DNA from: Minisyncoccota bacterium
GTDB lineage: Bacteria; Patescibacteriota; Minisyncoccia; Phycocordibacterales; Zambryskibacteraceae
DNA: 64,000 nucleotides
Reading direction: 5' to 3'
Assembly (NCBI GenBank): GCA_020059045.1
Contig: JAGVCW010000021.1
Coordinates: 27,821-91,820 of the forward strand
This document shows positions 27,110 through 36,644 of the stretch, in pieces. Below the pieces are notes generated by a model that was given only the letters and a program-made list of their open reading frames with translations, made no database searches and was not told the origin of the DNA. The number at the start of each line of letters is the position of its first letter. Positions within the stretch are counted from its first letter, which is position 1. Both the position numbers and the translations under genes were made by a program.

Positions 27110-27526
27110 TTGTGTAATATTAACTTTATGACAGAAGGATTATCACTAGAACACTTTGAAGAATCTCGACGACAAATAGACCCGCGTCCAACTATAGTTA
27201 ATGCCGAATTTGGAGACGAGTCTTCAGAGCCTGATTTCGAATCTCCATATGTTCCAGTGACTCTCCCAGAGGAAGATCTAAAGGTGGATGCAGCAACAAA
27301 GGAAAAGGAAGAGACGAGTTTCGAGCGAGAAATTCGTGAGAGACAAATTTCACAGCATGCAAATTATGAAATAGAAAGAAGTGGTTTCCAGGCAAGACTC
27401 GATGTACTTAGAGAAAGAGCAGATAATTACAAGAAAGCTGGGATGAGCCCCCACGAACTCGAAGAATCGAATCGAGAATTGAAAGACACAGAACATTTTG
27501 CAAAGTATATTACGCAAATGATCTAA
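27110..27526 (+). CDS. Acidic hypothetical protein
   Basis: 138 aa, Glu/Asp-rich and helical. Occupies the position where infA/rpmJ normally sit. Confidence 0.4.
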   Translation: MCNINFMTEGLSLEHFEESRRQIDPRPTIVNAEFGDESSEPDFESPYVPVTLPEEDLKVDAATKEKEETSFEREIRERQISQHANYEIERSGFQARLDVLRERADNYKKAGMSPHELEESNRELKDTEHFAKYITQMI

Positions 27527-27845
27527 AGGAGTATGTAAGAAAGGTAGGAAAATTTTCTTATGATATTTATTCCTCAAAATCATTTGAAGATTTGGTGGTT
27601 ACAATAGAGCTGTGGGGCGGTTTGCCTACAAGTGAGGCTAAGGGTGGCTTCATGCCGCAAGAAGTTTTTAAACAAAACCTGGAAAAAATAATTTTCCCAA
27701 ATCCAGAGGATAGGGAAAATCTTTTGAATTCAATTTTTGAGGATGGAGAAATTAAACGAAAGATAAGGGTACTTCTTAATAAACCTAAATAGTTTTGCAT
27801 TTGTCTCACATATTCTGTATTATCTGTGTCTAATATTTTTTTGTC

Positions 27846-28457
27846 ATGAATACACCTCAAAAAGAAAGAACATTTGTTTTTGTTAAGCATGATGGAATAC
27901 AGCGCTCTCTTGTGGGAGAAATAATAAAGAGAATAGAGAGAACTGGGCTCAAAATTGTTGCTATGAAGATGTTTGTGCCAGATCGCAAACGTGCGGAGAT
28001 TCATTATGGCAAAAACGACACTTGGTGCGCGGAGAAAGGTCAAATCCAGGTAGAAAATCTAAAAAAGATGGGGATTGAGCCGACTAAGCCTGCAATAGAA
28101 TACGGACGTGACAAAGTAGAAGCAATAATAAATTACATAACAGTTGGACCTGTGATAGCCATGGTGATAGAAGGGAATCAGGCTGTAGGAATAGTGAAAA
28201 AGATTGTTGGGGGAACGGAACCCCTTACATCTGATGTTGGGACCATTCGAGGCGACCTTACACTAGACTCTTATGCTGCAGCAGATAGTGGTGGGGCGGT
28301 TACTAGGGCAGTTAGAAACCTAATGCATTGCACAGGCAAACCAGAGGAAGCAGAAGGGGAGATTAACCTGTGGTTTAAAGAAGATGAGATAATCAATTAT
28401 CGTCTTGTTCAGGAAGCGATTCTTTACGACGTAAATCTAGACGGCATCCTCGAATAA
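27846..28457 (+). CDS. ndk: Nucleoside diphosphate kinase with an internal insertion
   Basis: ERTFVFVKHDGIQRSLVGEIIKRIERTGLKIVAMK matches the [25 protein letters not shown] consensus. C-terminal NLMHCTGKPEEAEGEINLWF matches N.IHGSDS.E.A..EI.LWF. Confidence 0.75.
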   Translation: MNTPQKERTFVFVKHDGIQRSLVGEIIKRIERTGLKIVAMKMFVPDRKRAEIHYGKNDTWCAEKGQIQVENLKKMGIEPTKPAIEYGRDKVEAIINYITVGPVIAMVIEGNQAVGIVKKIVGGTEPLTSDVGTIRGDLTLDSYAAADSGGAVTRAVRNLMHCTGKPEEAEGEINLWFKEDEIINYRLVQEAILYDVNLDGILE

Positions 28458-28480
28458 ATGTTAAACACTCGGTGTTGTAC
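28458..28480. repeat. Left palindromic inverted repeat of a single-gene cassette
   Basis: ATGTTAAACACTCGGTGTTGTAC. Its reverse-complement partner is TGTTAAACACCGAGTGTTTAACA at 29189-29212. Confidence 0.6.
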
Positions 28481-28496
28481 ATTAACCAACGGTCTA

Positions 28497-28524
28497 CAAA
28501 AAAGCCTTATTTCAAGGCTTTTTT
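28497..28524 (+). terminator. Rho-independent terminator after ndk
   Basis: AAAAAAGCCTTATTTCAAGGCTTTTTT. Confidence 0.65.
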
Positions 28525-28540
28525 GGTAAGTAAAAACTTC

Positions 28541-28569
28541 TTGACTTTTCTACTCAGTCTATGGTATAA
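28541..28569 (+). promoter_or_regulatory. Sigma70-like promoter, TTGACT-18-TATAAT
   Basis: CTTGACTTTTCTACTCAGTCTATGGTATAAT. GGAGG lies 8 nt before the 28667 ATG. Confidence 0.5.
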
Positions 28570-28666
28570 TATTGGTATATCTAGCTCCATTTAGGGTCTG
28601 GGTATGTATTAAAGGAATTGGCACTTAGGCCTCTTCCTCAACCGTTCTTTCCAGTTTGGAGGTCGT

Positions 28667-29110
28667 ATGGAACCCTATTCCAGGCTCCAGTATGTCGTAC
28701 TCGTTCTCTGCAGTGTTATTACTCTCGGGACGATCCTCTTCATGCTCAATCGGCAGTACAAGATAAGAAAGGCGGGTGCATTTCAGGAGATCTTTGGTTT
28801 CAATCCCATGCAAACGTGGGTCGAGACTCCTATGACAAGGCACGAGCGTCAAGATAAAGTCAATCTTGCTCTAGAGCACCTGGCTATGATGCTCTCAGTG
28901 CAGACCCATCTCGCAGGACGTGAGTTTGGGCATCCTCCGACCGCAAAAGGCGTAAAGAAAATGTTCTGGCAGGCGCACAAGATTGCCCGCTCATGGGGAT
29001 ACCAAGTGAGAGGCAGTTGGACTGAGTATCTTGATGTGAATCCTCTGCAATGGTTAGTTCTCGGTCAATCGATCCATGCAGCGACAGTGGCAGCAGCAAA
29101 GAAACCATAA
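28667..29110 (+). CDS. Hypothetical membrane-anchored protein (cassette cargo)
   Basis: 147 aa with an N-terminal TM helix. Higher GC. Has its own promoter, SD and terminator, all bracketed by inverted repeats. Confidence 0.5.
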   Translation: MEPYSRLQYVVLVLCSVITLGTILFMLNRQYKIRKAGAFQEIFGFNPMQTWVETPMTRHERQDKVNLALEHLAMMLSVQTHLAGREFGHPPTAKGVKKMFWQAHKIARSWGYQVRGSWTEYLDVNPLQWLVLGQSIHAATVAAAKKP

Positions 29111-29124
29111 CCCCATCAGGAGGA

Positions 29125-29152
29125 GTAAACCCCACCTGTTGGGGTTTTTTTA
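29125..29152 (+). terminator. Rho-independent terminator
   Basis: AAACCCCACCTGTTGGGGTTTTTTTATTTT. Confidence 0.65.
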
Positions 29153-29188
29153 TTTTAGAGACGTACAACTTAAGCGATAAGACCATTA

Positions 29189-29212
29189 AATGTTAAACAC
29201 CGAGTGTTTAAC
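29189..29212. repeat. Right palindromic inverted repeat of the cassette
   Basis: TGTTAAACACCGAGTGTTTAACA is itself a perfect hairpin and the reverse complement of the core of the left repeat. Confidence 0.6.
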
Positions 29213-29379
29213 ATACTACATAAGCTGCATGGTCGGTAAAGCTTTTCATAATGAGGTTTTTGTTTCCTACTGTGCTCTTCACACTTTCCTTATATTGTGT
29301 GAGTAATATAATGTATGAGGGTTATTTGGCATATTATCTAGATTAAAGTAATTTTAAAGGGAGTCCTATATTTCCTCAC

Positions 29380-29496
29380 TTTAATGAAGCCTTCGGGCAT
29401 CTGACAAGTGAGGTTGCGGACACCCACCTGGCAAATAGCTAGGGCAATATGTCCAAGTAACCCACACAAAGAACCCCGTATACGGGATTTTTTGTT
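29380..29496 (+). ncRNA. Candidate small structured RNA
   Basis: CCTCACTT...AAGTGAGG stem enclosing a GCC-UUCG-GGC tetraloop hairpin. Followed by AACCCCGTATACGGGATTTTTTG, which looks like an intrinsic terminator. Confidence 0.3.
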
Positions 29497-29542
29497 TACA
29501 TGACTAAATTTTAAAACAAACAGGTTATAATATTCGTAATAA

Positions 29543-29932
29543 ATGAAGCGACCACTTGTAACTACTGTAGTCATACTAGTTCTTGTTCTAGTTTTTCATC
29601 TTAGTGCACTTTCCAACTTTTGGTACTGGAAATATTGGTGGTTTGATATTTTAATGCATATTGCTGGTGGCTATGTCATTTTGCTTCTAATAATTATAGG
29701 TTGGGAAAGGTATCTGCGTGCCCACAGTGGTAGTTTAAAAAGAGCAATCATTACAGCCCTGTTTGGTGTACTTCTCGTTGCTGTAGGTTGGGAAGTTTTT
29801 GAGTACAAAGCTGGTGTAACATTTTTGGATGACAATTATTACGTGGACACAGCCCTCGATATTTTTATGGGAGTTCTAGGAGCAATTCTTGGAGCAAGGC
29901 AGATGTTTACTTACTTTAAAAAAAATGAATAA
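29543..29932 (+). CDS. Hydrophobic membrane protein (hypothetical)
   Basis: 129 aa with 4 predicted TM helices. Overlaps the next gene by 8 nt. Confidence 0.5.
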   Translation: MKRPLVTTVVILVLVLVFHLSALSNFWYWKYWWFDILMHIAGGYVILLLIIIGWERYLRAHSGSLKRAIITALFGVLLVAVGWEVFEYKAGVTFLDDNYYVDTALDIFMGVLGAILGARQMFTYFKKNE

Positions 29933-31307
29933 AGATTTTTCTGTTACATTTTATGGAGGAGTAGGTACAGTCACTGGGTCCAACTTTCTTTTCGCGGGTC
30001 CAGAGTTTAGAGCACTTGTGGATTGTGGAATGTTTCAAGGTGATGCCGGTGTGGGTGGAAGGAATAGTGATCCGTTTCCATATGATCCTGCGTCAATTGA
30101 TTTTCTTTTTGTTACCCATGCACACATTGATCATATAGGGAGAATTCCTCATTTAGTCAAAGCAGGATTCAATGGCAAAATTTATTCCACACCTGAAACG
30201 AAAAGTATCGCGGAGCTTATGCTTCTTGACGCACTTCACATTGAGGAGATGTCTTCAAGAGAGAAAGGTATTCTTGCATTGTATGACGAAGTGGATGTCA
30301 GAAAAAGTTTTACACTTTGGCAGACACTTCCATATCGTATGGATCATGAAATCACAAATATTCTATCTGTAAATTTAAAAGATGCGGGGCATATACTCGG
30401 ATCTGCGATGTACCTTTTCACATATACGCAAGAAACTGGGGGCAAGCAGACAATTCTTTTTACCGGAGACTTGGGCAACTCGCCATCTGTGCTTCTTCCC
30501 GACACTGAGTATGTAGATGAGGCGGATTATGTTGTTATGGATAGTGTGTATGGCGATAGGAATCACGAAGATAGGTATACAAGTCTAAACAAATTTAAAA
30601 CTGCACTTCTCGAGGCTATATCAAGACAGGGCGCAGTTCTAATACCTGCTTTTTCACTTGAGCGTACACAAACAATTCTATATGAATTGAATAACCTAAT
30701 TGAAAACAAGGAGATTCCATCAATCCCAGTATTTTTAGACTCGCCGCTTGCCATCAAGCTTACGACAATATATGAAAGAATTTCTTCTTTATACAACAGT
30801 GATGTGCAAAAGGACATAAAAGGGGGAGACAAGATTTTCGAGTTTCCTCGACTGAAAGAAACGGCAAGGGTAGAGGAGTCAAAGAGAATCACAAATACTC
30901 CAAACCCGAAAGTTATTATTGCAGGCTCAGGTATGTCTACGGCAGGTAGGATTCTCCATCATGAAGAGCACTACCTTCCAGATCCGAAGACAACACTCAT
31001 TCTTATGGGATATCAAGCTCCAGGTACAATAGGGCGCAATCTAGAGGAGGGCATTAAAAAGATCAATTTTAAAGAGAAAGAAGTCATAGTTAGAGCCAAA
31101 GTTGTTAAAATTGATGGTTTTTCTGGCCATAAAGACTCAGACAATTTAGTAGATTTTGTTGCTCATTTTGACACACAGAAACTTAAAAAAGTCTTTATTT
31201 TACTGGGTGAACCGAAATCATCACTTTTTCTTGCACAGAGGCTTCACGACTATTTGGGGGTTAAAACTGTAATTCCAGAGGGGGGAAAGACCTATTCATT
31301 AGACTAA
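29925..31307 (+). CDS. MBL-fold beta-CASP hydrolase (RNase J / CPSF-like nuclease family)
   Basis: FVTHAHIDHIGRIP (HxHxDH), DAGHILGSA, TGDLGNS, GFSGHKDSD. About 460 aa. Confidence 0.75.
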   Translation: MNKDFSVTFYGGVGTVTGSNFLFAGPEFRALVDCGMFQGDAGVGGRNSDPFPYDPASIDFLFVTHAHIDHIGRIPHLVKAGFNGKIYSTPETKSIAELMLLDALHIEEMSSREKGILALYDEVDVRKSFTLWQTLPYRMDHEITNILSVNLKDAGHILGSAMYLFTYTQETGGKQTILFTGDLGNSPSVLLPDTEYVDEADYVVMDSVYGDRNHEDRYTSLNKFKTALLEAISRQGAVLIPAFSLERTQTILYELNNLIENKEIPSIPVFLDSPLAIKLTTIYERISSLYNSDVQKDIKGGDKIFEFPRLKETARVEESKRITNTPNPKVIIAGSGMSTAGRILHHEEHYLPDPKTTLILMGYQAPGTIGRNLEEGIKKINFKEKEVIVRAKVVKIDGFSGHKDSDNLVDFVAHFDTQKLKKVFILLGEPKSSLFLAQRLHDYLGVKTVIPEGGKTYSLD

Positions 31308-31360
31308 TGACAAATTTTTTGGTGTATACTTATAGCAATTAATTATAAAGTGAAATTCAT

Positions 31361-34300
31361 ATGAAAAAGATTGTCATAGCAGTTATTTTGCTCGCAGTGT
31401 TGCTGTTGTCTGGTCCGATTTCGGCTCAAACCCTAGAAGCACAAACCATAAACGACATGTATGCGGTAGTGTTGTCGCTTCAAAACTTGATTCGTCAGTT
31501 AGTTGCGCTTGTTTCTCAGGGAGGAAATCTTGCGCAAGTTACGAACATAGTCACAGTAACTGGGTCAGTCTCTCCTGTACCAGTAACTCTTGGTGACCAG
31601 GCCAATCTTACATGGGACTCAACTAATACAACATCCTGTCTGCTTGATATAGGTACAGCAAACATAACAGGCCAGGCAGTGTCTGGCACATACACTGTGA
31701 CACCAACAAAGTCGATGGATTATATAGTCAAATGTACTGGATCGACTGGCTCAAAATTCGTAAAAGTCCCAGTAGTCGTGGTGGCAGCCTCAACTCCTTC
31801 CACCCCGTCCACTCCAGCAACTCCTTCCACCCCGTCCACACCATCTACTCCATCTACTCCATCTACACCATCTACACCATCTACACCATCAACACCAGCA
31901 ATTCCAAGTGGTCCAATAGTTTTACCAGATTTACCACAAACCTTTTCCGTGTCGGTTCCAGCTCAAACTGGAACAGTCATCTCAGTTCCGGCCGGGAACG
32001 CTGCAGCTTTTCAAGCGGCACTCAACAGTGCAGTCCTGGGTGATGTGATCGAGCTCCAAGCAGGCTCCACCTACACCGGAACATTTACGTTTCCCAATAA
32101 AACTTCTGGCAGCGGCTGGATTACAGTACGCTCCAGTGCCCACAACAGTCTCCCTCAAGGAATTCGAGTAGACCCCGGGGATGTTTCTAAAATGGCTAAA
32201 ATTATCACTAATGCCGTTGGATCAGGGGGGGCAGCATCAGGTTCTGCTATAATTTTTGCTAATAGTGCTCATCATTATTATCTACTAGGCTTAGAAGTGA
32301 CTGCGGCCACTGCAGCCAAGATTGCCACAGGTCCTACTATCCAGATGGACTTTACTACTCCTCTTTCTAATCAGCCCACGAACATTACACTCGATCGCAT
32401 GTATGTTCACGGTCATTCTAATTTAGACATGACCAGATGTATTCTAGCCAACGGTGCCTACATCGCTGTTATCAATAGTTATGTTTCTGAATGTCACTCT
32501 GGAGCGGATGCTCAAGCCATCGAAGTATGGACTGGATCTGGACCATTTAAATTTGTAAATAACCACCTGGAAGCGTCCGGCGAAAATATCATGTTCGGGG
32601 GTGCAGATCCCAAAGTGCAAGGACTCATTCCGTCGGACGCCGAAATTCGTGGAAATTATATTTATACTCCCATTGCCTGGGGGCCCTCGACTCCGTGGAC
32701 TAGAAAAAACTTATTTGAGACTAAAAATGCGCAAAGAGTACTTCTCGAAGGTAATATTCTAGATGGATCTTGGGCAGATGGGCAAGTGGGGTATGCTATT
32801 GTGCTCAAATCTTCAGATCAAGGAGGTGTTGGCACCGGGTGTACTTGGTGTGCATCAAAAGATATTACCGTAAGGTACAACATTATTCGCAATGCAGCCG
32901 GTACAGTGGATATAAGTGGAAAGCAAAACGCTATCGGTACTGCTCCGGCCCTTACCGAACGAATCCTAATTGAACACAACATTTTTGAAAATATTAATGT
33001 TGCCCCATACACCGGGGCTGCCCGACTGCTTAGTTTTAGCCTCGATGTGCGTGATCTTATATATAGGAATAACACTGTTAATACCACGGGCTATCTTCAG
33101 GGTATGATATTAGTGGGTGGAACTCCATCGAACTCTCTGAGTTTCCCGGGTGTCACAAACTTTGAATACAAGGACAATATCACTCCTTTTGGAGAATTCG
33201 GTATATTTGCCACTAACCTAATCGGGGAAGCCCTTTTTGCTGGCTCGCCAAACATTGCTGGTATCTCTAATTATTCGGGTAACGTGACTTACAACAATAC
33301 GTCAGCAAATAAGTACAATGCAACTACTCATCCCACGACTAAACTTTATTCAAGTTACAGCGCAGCAGTGGCCAGTGGTAAAGGCGCAAATACAGCGGCT
33401 GTGCTTGCGGCTACTAAGAATGCGCAAAACGGCGGAGGCGCTGGGACCCAGCCACCTCCTCCACCTCCTCCACCCCCGCCTAACACAACTGTTCCTACCC
33501 CTCCTTCTCCCGTTGCCATTACAACCTATGTTACACCTCCGGCAAACGGAGAGTCGACGCCTCCTTCTGCGGTAAAAAATTTACGTACTTGGGGAGTGTG
33601 CGACAACATGATCGGAGTTACTTGGGATCACGCTACAGATAATTACGGAGTGGCGGGTTATATTATTTCTCGAGACGGACAACCCTATACTATGACGGTG
33701 AGAAGTAGACCTCTCGGCACAACCGGAGGTGTTCCCAACAATACTGCCACCACCATAAGAAATTGGGTCACTGACTCCGGCCGGCAACCCAACACCTCGC
33801 ATTCTTACTCCGTGCAAGCGTTCGATACCTCCAACAACAAAGGCCCCGTGGCTACTTTCTCTGCCAAGACATCAACGGGCGGTTGTTTTGACCCGACCCC
33901 CCCAGTGCCGATGAATCTTAGACTTACAGGTTCGACATTAAATAGCGCGGGGTTAACTTGGGATCCCGTTACAGATTCCCGTTATAACGTAGTTCAATAT
34001 AGAATATATCTGGATTTTCCGCTCTTTACGCCTTTTCCTTTTCCCGCAGCACCTACATTTATGAATCCTGCTACTCCTCCTTTTGTCTATGGGAATCTTC
34101 CCTCAGCTCCTAGTCACAATTTCTTTGTTTCCTCTCGTAGCAACCTTGGTAAAGAGGGTGACTGGACTATGCCTCTTATTATGACTCCCGGTCAAACCAC
34201 GCCTGCTCCTACCGTGATGCTATCCGCTTCACCAAGCTCTGTGATTCCAGGTGGACAAACAATTCTCACCTGGTCTTCTACTAATGCAACAAGCTGTACC

Positions 34301-35746
34301 GCAAGCGGCGGGTGGTCTGGTTCGCAAGCTTTAGTCGGGACTCTTACAATCACACCCATAACAAGTTCACCATACACACTTTCATGTAGTGGAGCAGGTG
34401 GATCATCAATTAAATCAGTAACGGTTACTGTTGGTGGAATCATACCTCCACCACCAAACCCATTGTTTAGTATAGGAGATAGAGCAGAAACCACAGCTAA
34501 CCTAAATGTTCGATCTGGCCCAAGTGTCGATGCAACAGTTTTTGGTATCCAATCTCTTGGATCACTTGGCACCATTATTGAAGGACCAAGTATAGGTTCA
34601 ATTTACACTTGGTGGAATATTAACTTCGATGCGGGTGTAGATGGATGGAGTGCAGAAAGTTTCCTAAAGAAATCTACCATCTCGACACCACCTCCAGCTA
34701 GTCAACCCGTTGTTACTCTTTCTGTTTCACCTTCCACAATCACTTCTGGTTCGCCAGCAACTCTCACCTGGTCTTCTACTAATGCAACAAGCTGTACTGC
34801 AAGCAGTGGGTGGTCTGGTTCTAAGTCCACGTCTGGTGTGCATGGTATTGCTCCTGCTACAAACACTACGTATACACTCTCATGTAGTGGGGGAGGTGGA
34901 TCGTCAAGTAAATCTGTAACAGTCACAGTAATATCTACTACTCCAACTCCAACACCTAGTGATCCTACGCCTACTGACCCAACCCCGACTCCAACTCCAA
35001 CTCCTACACCTAATCCCGTTCCTACCCCAGGAGATGGCCAGGTATGTGCTCAAGTTGCAACATGGGCTAAAAGTCCATCAGGACAAATTAGGCAGTTCCC
35101 AAGTGCATGTATTCCAAGTGGTTGGGTCGTAATAGCATCTCCACTTATAGAAATTCCTAAAATTCCTACGACTCCAATTCCACCTGTTGGAGAGGTTCCT
35201 ACTATCCCAACAACTGAATCTCCAAGAACAGTTATTACTAAACAGCTTTACTTTGGAGTATCTGATCCCCAAGTTACAGCTCTTCAGATTTTCTTGAGGT
35301 CAAAAGGACTGTATTCAGATGACATTACTGGATTCTTCGGTACAAAAACTCTTCAATCTGTGCGTCTATACCAGACATCAAAGGGGATAGATGCGACAGG
35401 TGCTGTGGGCCCACAAACAAGAGCATCAATATCGGCTGAGACGACAGGTATCACTACGCCATCTACACCAACGACGCAAGCCCCAAGCGCACCTACGACC
35501 GGTTCGCTACCAAGAACACTGTATCGAGGTATATCAGGTAGTGATGTTTCATCTCTACAGACCATACTTATGAACCTGGGATATTACAATGACGAGATTA
35601 CAGGATACTTCGGTGTGAAAACGGAAGCGGCAGTTCAGGCATTCCAGAGAGCAAATGGAATAGTATCTTCAGGTAGTCCTGGTACTACTGGGTATGGGCT
35701 CGCAGGGCAACTAACAAGAGCAAAACTTATTGAACTAAGCCAATAA
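31361..35746 (+). CDS. Giant secreted multidomain surface protein. Contains a signal peptide, a PT-repeat linker and a parallel beta-helix. A poly-Pro tract is followed by an FN3-like module. Two Ig-like Cys-pair repeats, one SH3b module and two C-terminal PG_binding_1 domains complete it.
   Basis: Signal peptide MKKIVIAVILLAVLLLSGPISAQT. (STP)n linker. Beta-helix repeats (NNHLEASGENIMFGG, GNYIYTP, LEGNILDG). QPPPPPPPPPPN tract. Duplicated LTWSSTNATSCTASGGWSG...YTLSCSG modules. SH3b-like segment NVRSGPS...WWNINFDAGVDGWSAESFL. Two LYxGxSGxDVxxLQ...GYFG..T..AV..FQ modules. Confidence 0.85.
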   Translation: MKKIVIAVILLAVLLLSGPISAQTLEAQTINDMYAVVLSLQNLIRQLVALVSQGGNLAQVTNIVTVTGSVSPVPVTLGDQANLTWDSTNTTSCLLDIGTANITGQAVSGTYTVTPTKSMDYIVKCTGSTGSKFVKVPVVVVAASTPSTPSTPATPSTPSTPSTPSTPSTPSTPSTPSTPAIPSGPIVLPDLPQTFSVSVPAQTGTVISVPAGNAAAFQAALNSAVLGDVIELQAGSTYTGTFTFPNKTSGSGWITVRSSAHNSLPQGIRVDPGDVSKMAKIITNAVGSGGAASGSAIIFANSAHHYYLLGLEVTAATAAKIATGPTIQMDFTTPLSNQPTNITLDRMYVHGHSNLDMTRCILANGAYIAVINSYVSECHSGADAQAIEVWTGSGPFKFVNNHLEASGENIMFGGADPKVQGLIPSDAEIRGNYIYTPIAWGPSTPWTRKNLFETKNAQRVLLEGNILDGSWADGQVGYAIVLKSSDQGGVGTGCTWCASKDITVRYNIIRNAAGTVDISGKQNAIGTAPALTERILIEHNIFENINVAPYTGAARLLSFSLDVRDLIYRNNTVNTTGYLQGMILVGGTPSNSLSFPGVTNFEYKDNITPFGEFGIFATNLIGEALFAGSPNIAGISNYSGNVTYNNTSANKYNATTHPTTKLYSSYSAAVASGKGANTAAVLAATKNAQNGGGAGTQPPPPPPPPPPNTTVPTPPSPVAITTYVTPPANGESTPPSAVKNLRTWGVCDNMIGVTWDHATDNYGVAGYIISRDGQPYTMTVRSRPLGTTGGVPNNTATTIRNWVTDSGRQPNTSHSYSVQAFDTSNNKGPVATFSAKTSTGGCFDPTPPVPMNLRLTGSTLNSAGLTWDPVTDSRYNVVQYRIYLDFPLFTPFPFPAAPTFMNPATPPFVYGNLPSAPSHNFFVSSRSNLGKEGDWTMPLIMTPGQTTPAPTVMLSASPSSVIPGGQTILTWSSTNATSCTASGGWSGSQALVGTLTITPITSSPYTLSCSGAGGSSIKSVTVTVGGIIPPPPNPLFSIGDRAETTANLNVRSGPSVDATVFGIQSLGSLGTIIEGPSIGSIYTWWNINFDAGVDGWSAESFLKKSTISTPPPASQPVVTLSVSPSTITSGSPATLTWSSTNATSCTASSGWSGSKSTSGVHGIAPATNTTYTLSCSGGGGSSSKSVTVTVISTTPTPTPSDPTPTDPTPTPTPTPTPNPVPTPGDGQVCAQVATWAKSPSGQIRQFPSACIPSGWVVIASPLIEIPKIPTTPIPPVGEVPTIPTTESPRTVITKQLYFGVSDPQVTALQIFLRSKGLYSDDITGFFGTKTLQSVRLYQTSKGIDATGAVGPQTRASISAETTGITTPSTPTTQAPSAPTTGSLPRTLYRGISGSDVSSLQTILMNLGYYNDEITGYFGVKTEAAVQAFQRANGIVSSGSPGTTGYGLAGQLTRAKLIELSQ
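31795..31910 (+). repeat. Tandem 9-nt (Ser/Thr-Pro) coding repeat
   Basis: TCCACCCCGTCCACTCCA... encodes (STP)n x about 12. Confidence 0.8.
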
Positions 35747-35760
35747 GAAAAGATAACAAA

Positions 35761-35789
35761 AAATCTTGTCTACTTAGACAAGATTTTTT
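35761..35789. terminator. Bidirectional intrinsic terminator
   Basis: AAATCTTGTCTA-ctt-AGACAAGATTTT with T-runs on both sides, between the giant gene (+) and rplT (-). Confidence 0.65.
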
Positions 35790-35809
35790 GTTATAAAGAT
35801 TTTAGAGAC

Positions 35810-36154
35810 TTATTTCACCTGTTCAAATATTCTTTTGAAAGTTTCTGGGTTACTTCCTGCTAATGTCGAAAGTATTTTTCTATCTATCAAAATATTTTTC
35901 TTCTTCATATTACCCATAAATTTACTGTAAGTACCTCCAAGTTCGCGAAGTGCGGCATTAATACGTACATTCCATAGGCGACGGAAATCACCCTTTTTGT
36001 CTCTTCGGTGAGCAAAGGCATAGCTTCCAGCATGAACAATCGCCTCGTTTGCCGCTCTCTCCTTCTTACTACGAGAAAAGCGATAGCCCTTTACTTGTTT
36101 AAGGATATTACGGCGTGTCTTTAATGCATTTACTCCCTTCTTTACTCTTGTCAT
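35810..36154 (-). CDS. rplT: Ribosomal protein L20
   Basis: MTRVKKGVNALKTRRNILKQVKGYRFSRSKKERAANEA. Confidence 0.9.
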   Translation of the reverse strand: MTRVKKGVNALKTRRNILKQVKGYRFSRSKKERAANEAIVHAGSYAFAHRRDKKGDFRRLWNVRINAALRELGGTYSKFMGNMKKKNILIDRKILSTLAGSNPETFKRIFEQVK

Positions 36155-36193
36155 TTGATTGATTTCTACTCGCTACTTATTACTTTCTACTAT

Positions 36194-36385
36194 TTATATA
36201 TTAACTAAATACCTGCTTCTTTCTTTGTTTGCCATTACGATTGAACCCTGGCGTTTCTTGCCAAGCTGACTGCGGCGACTTTCCTTGGCGTTGAAGTGAT
36301 TCTGGCCAGCCTTACGTGCTAAAACTTTGCCGCCCTTTGTGAGCTTCAATCTTTTCGAGTACGACTTATTGGTTTTCATTGCCAT
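36194..36385 (-). CDS. rpmI: Ribosomal protein L35
   Basis: MKTNKSYSKRLKLTKGGKVLARKAG. Confidence 0.85.
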   Translation of the reverse strand: MAMKTNKSYSKRLKLTKGGKVLARKAGQNHFNAKESRRSQLGKKRQGSIVMANKERSRYLVNI

Positions 36386-36429
36386 AGGAAGCTAATCTTA
36401 ACTATTTTTGGAATATTGTCCAGCACGTA

Positions 36430-36472
36430 CCCCACACTTACTTGGCAGTGAAACTGCCAAGTAAGTGTGGGG
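36430..36472 (-). promoter_or_regulatory. 19-bp perfect hairpin between infC and rpmI (candidate attenuator or L20-binding structure)
   Basis: CCCCACACTTACTTGGCAG-tgaaa-CTGCCAAGTAAGTGTGGGG. Confidence 0.45.
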
Positions 36473-36644
36473 TAACTTAACATAATAATTATTTATATAA
36501 ATCTTTGGCCCTTTTGCAGATTTAAATATTTAGTACAGTTCCTGGTCTTATTAGTACGAATGTGCGAATAGCATTGAATTACCTATACTGATAAATCTTC
36601 ATCTAAAATTCAAAAAATAAAGACCACTTGGTTGTTTGCAGGTG

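Noticed and set aside
31732-35573. Numerous 60-130 aa ORFs on both strands inside the two giant surface-protein genes (also 49026-51842)
   Set aside because: They are alternative-frame artefacts of long repetitive Thr/Ser/Gly/Pro-rich coding sequence.
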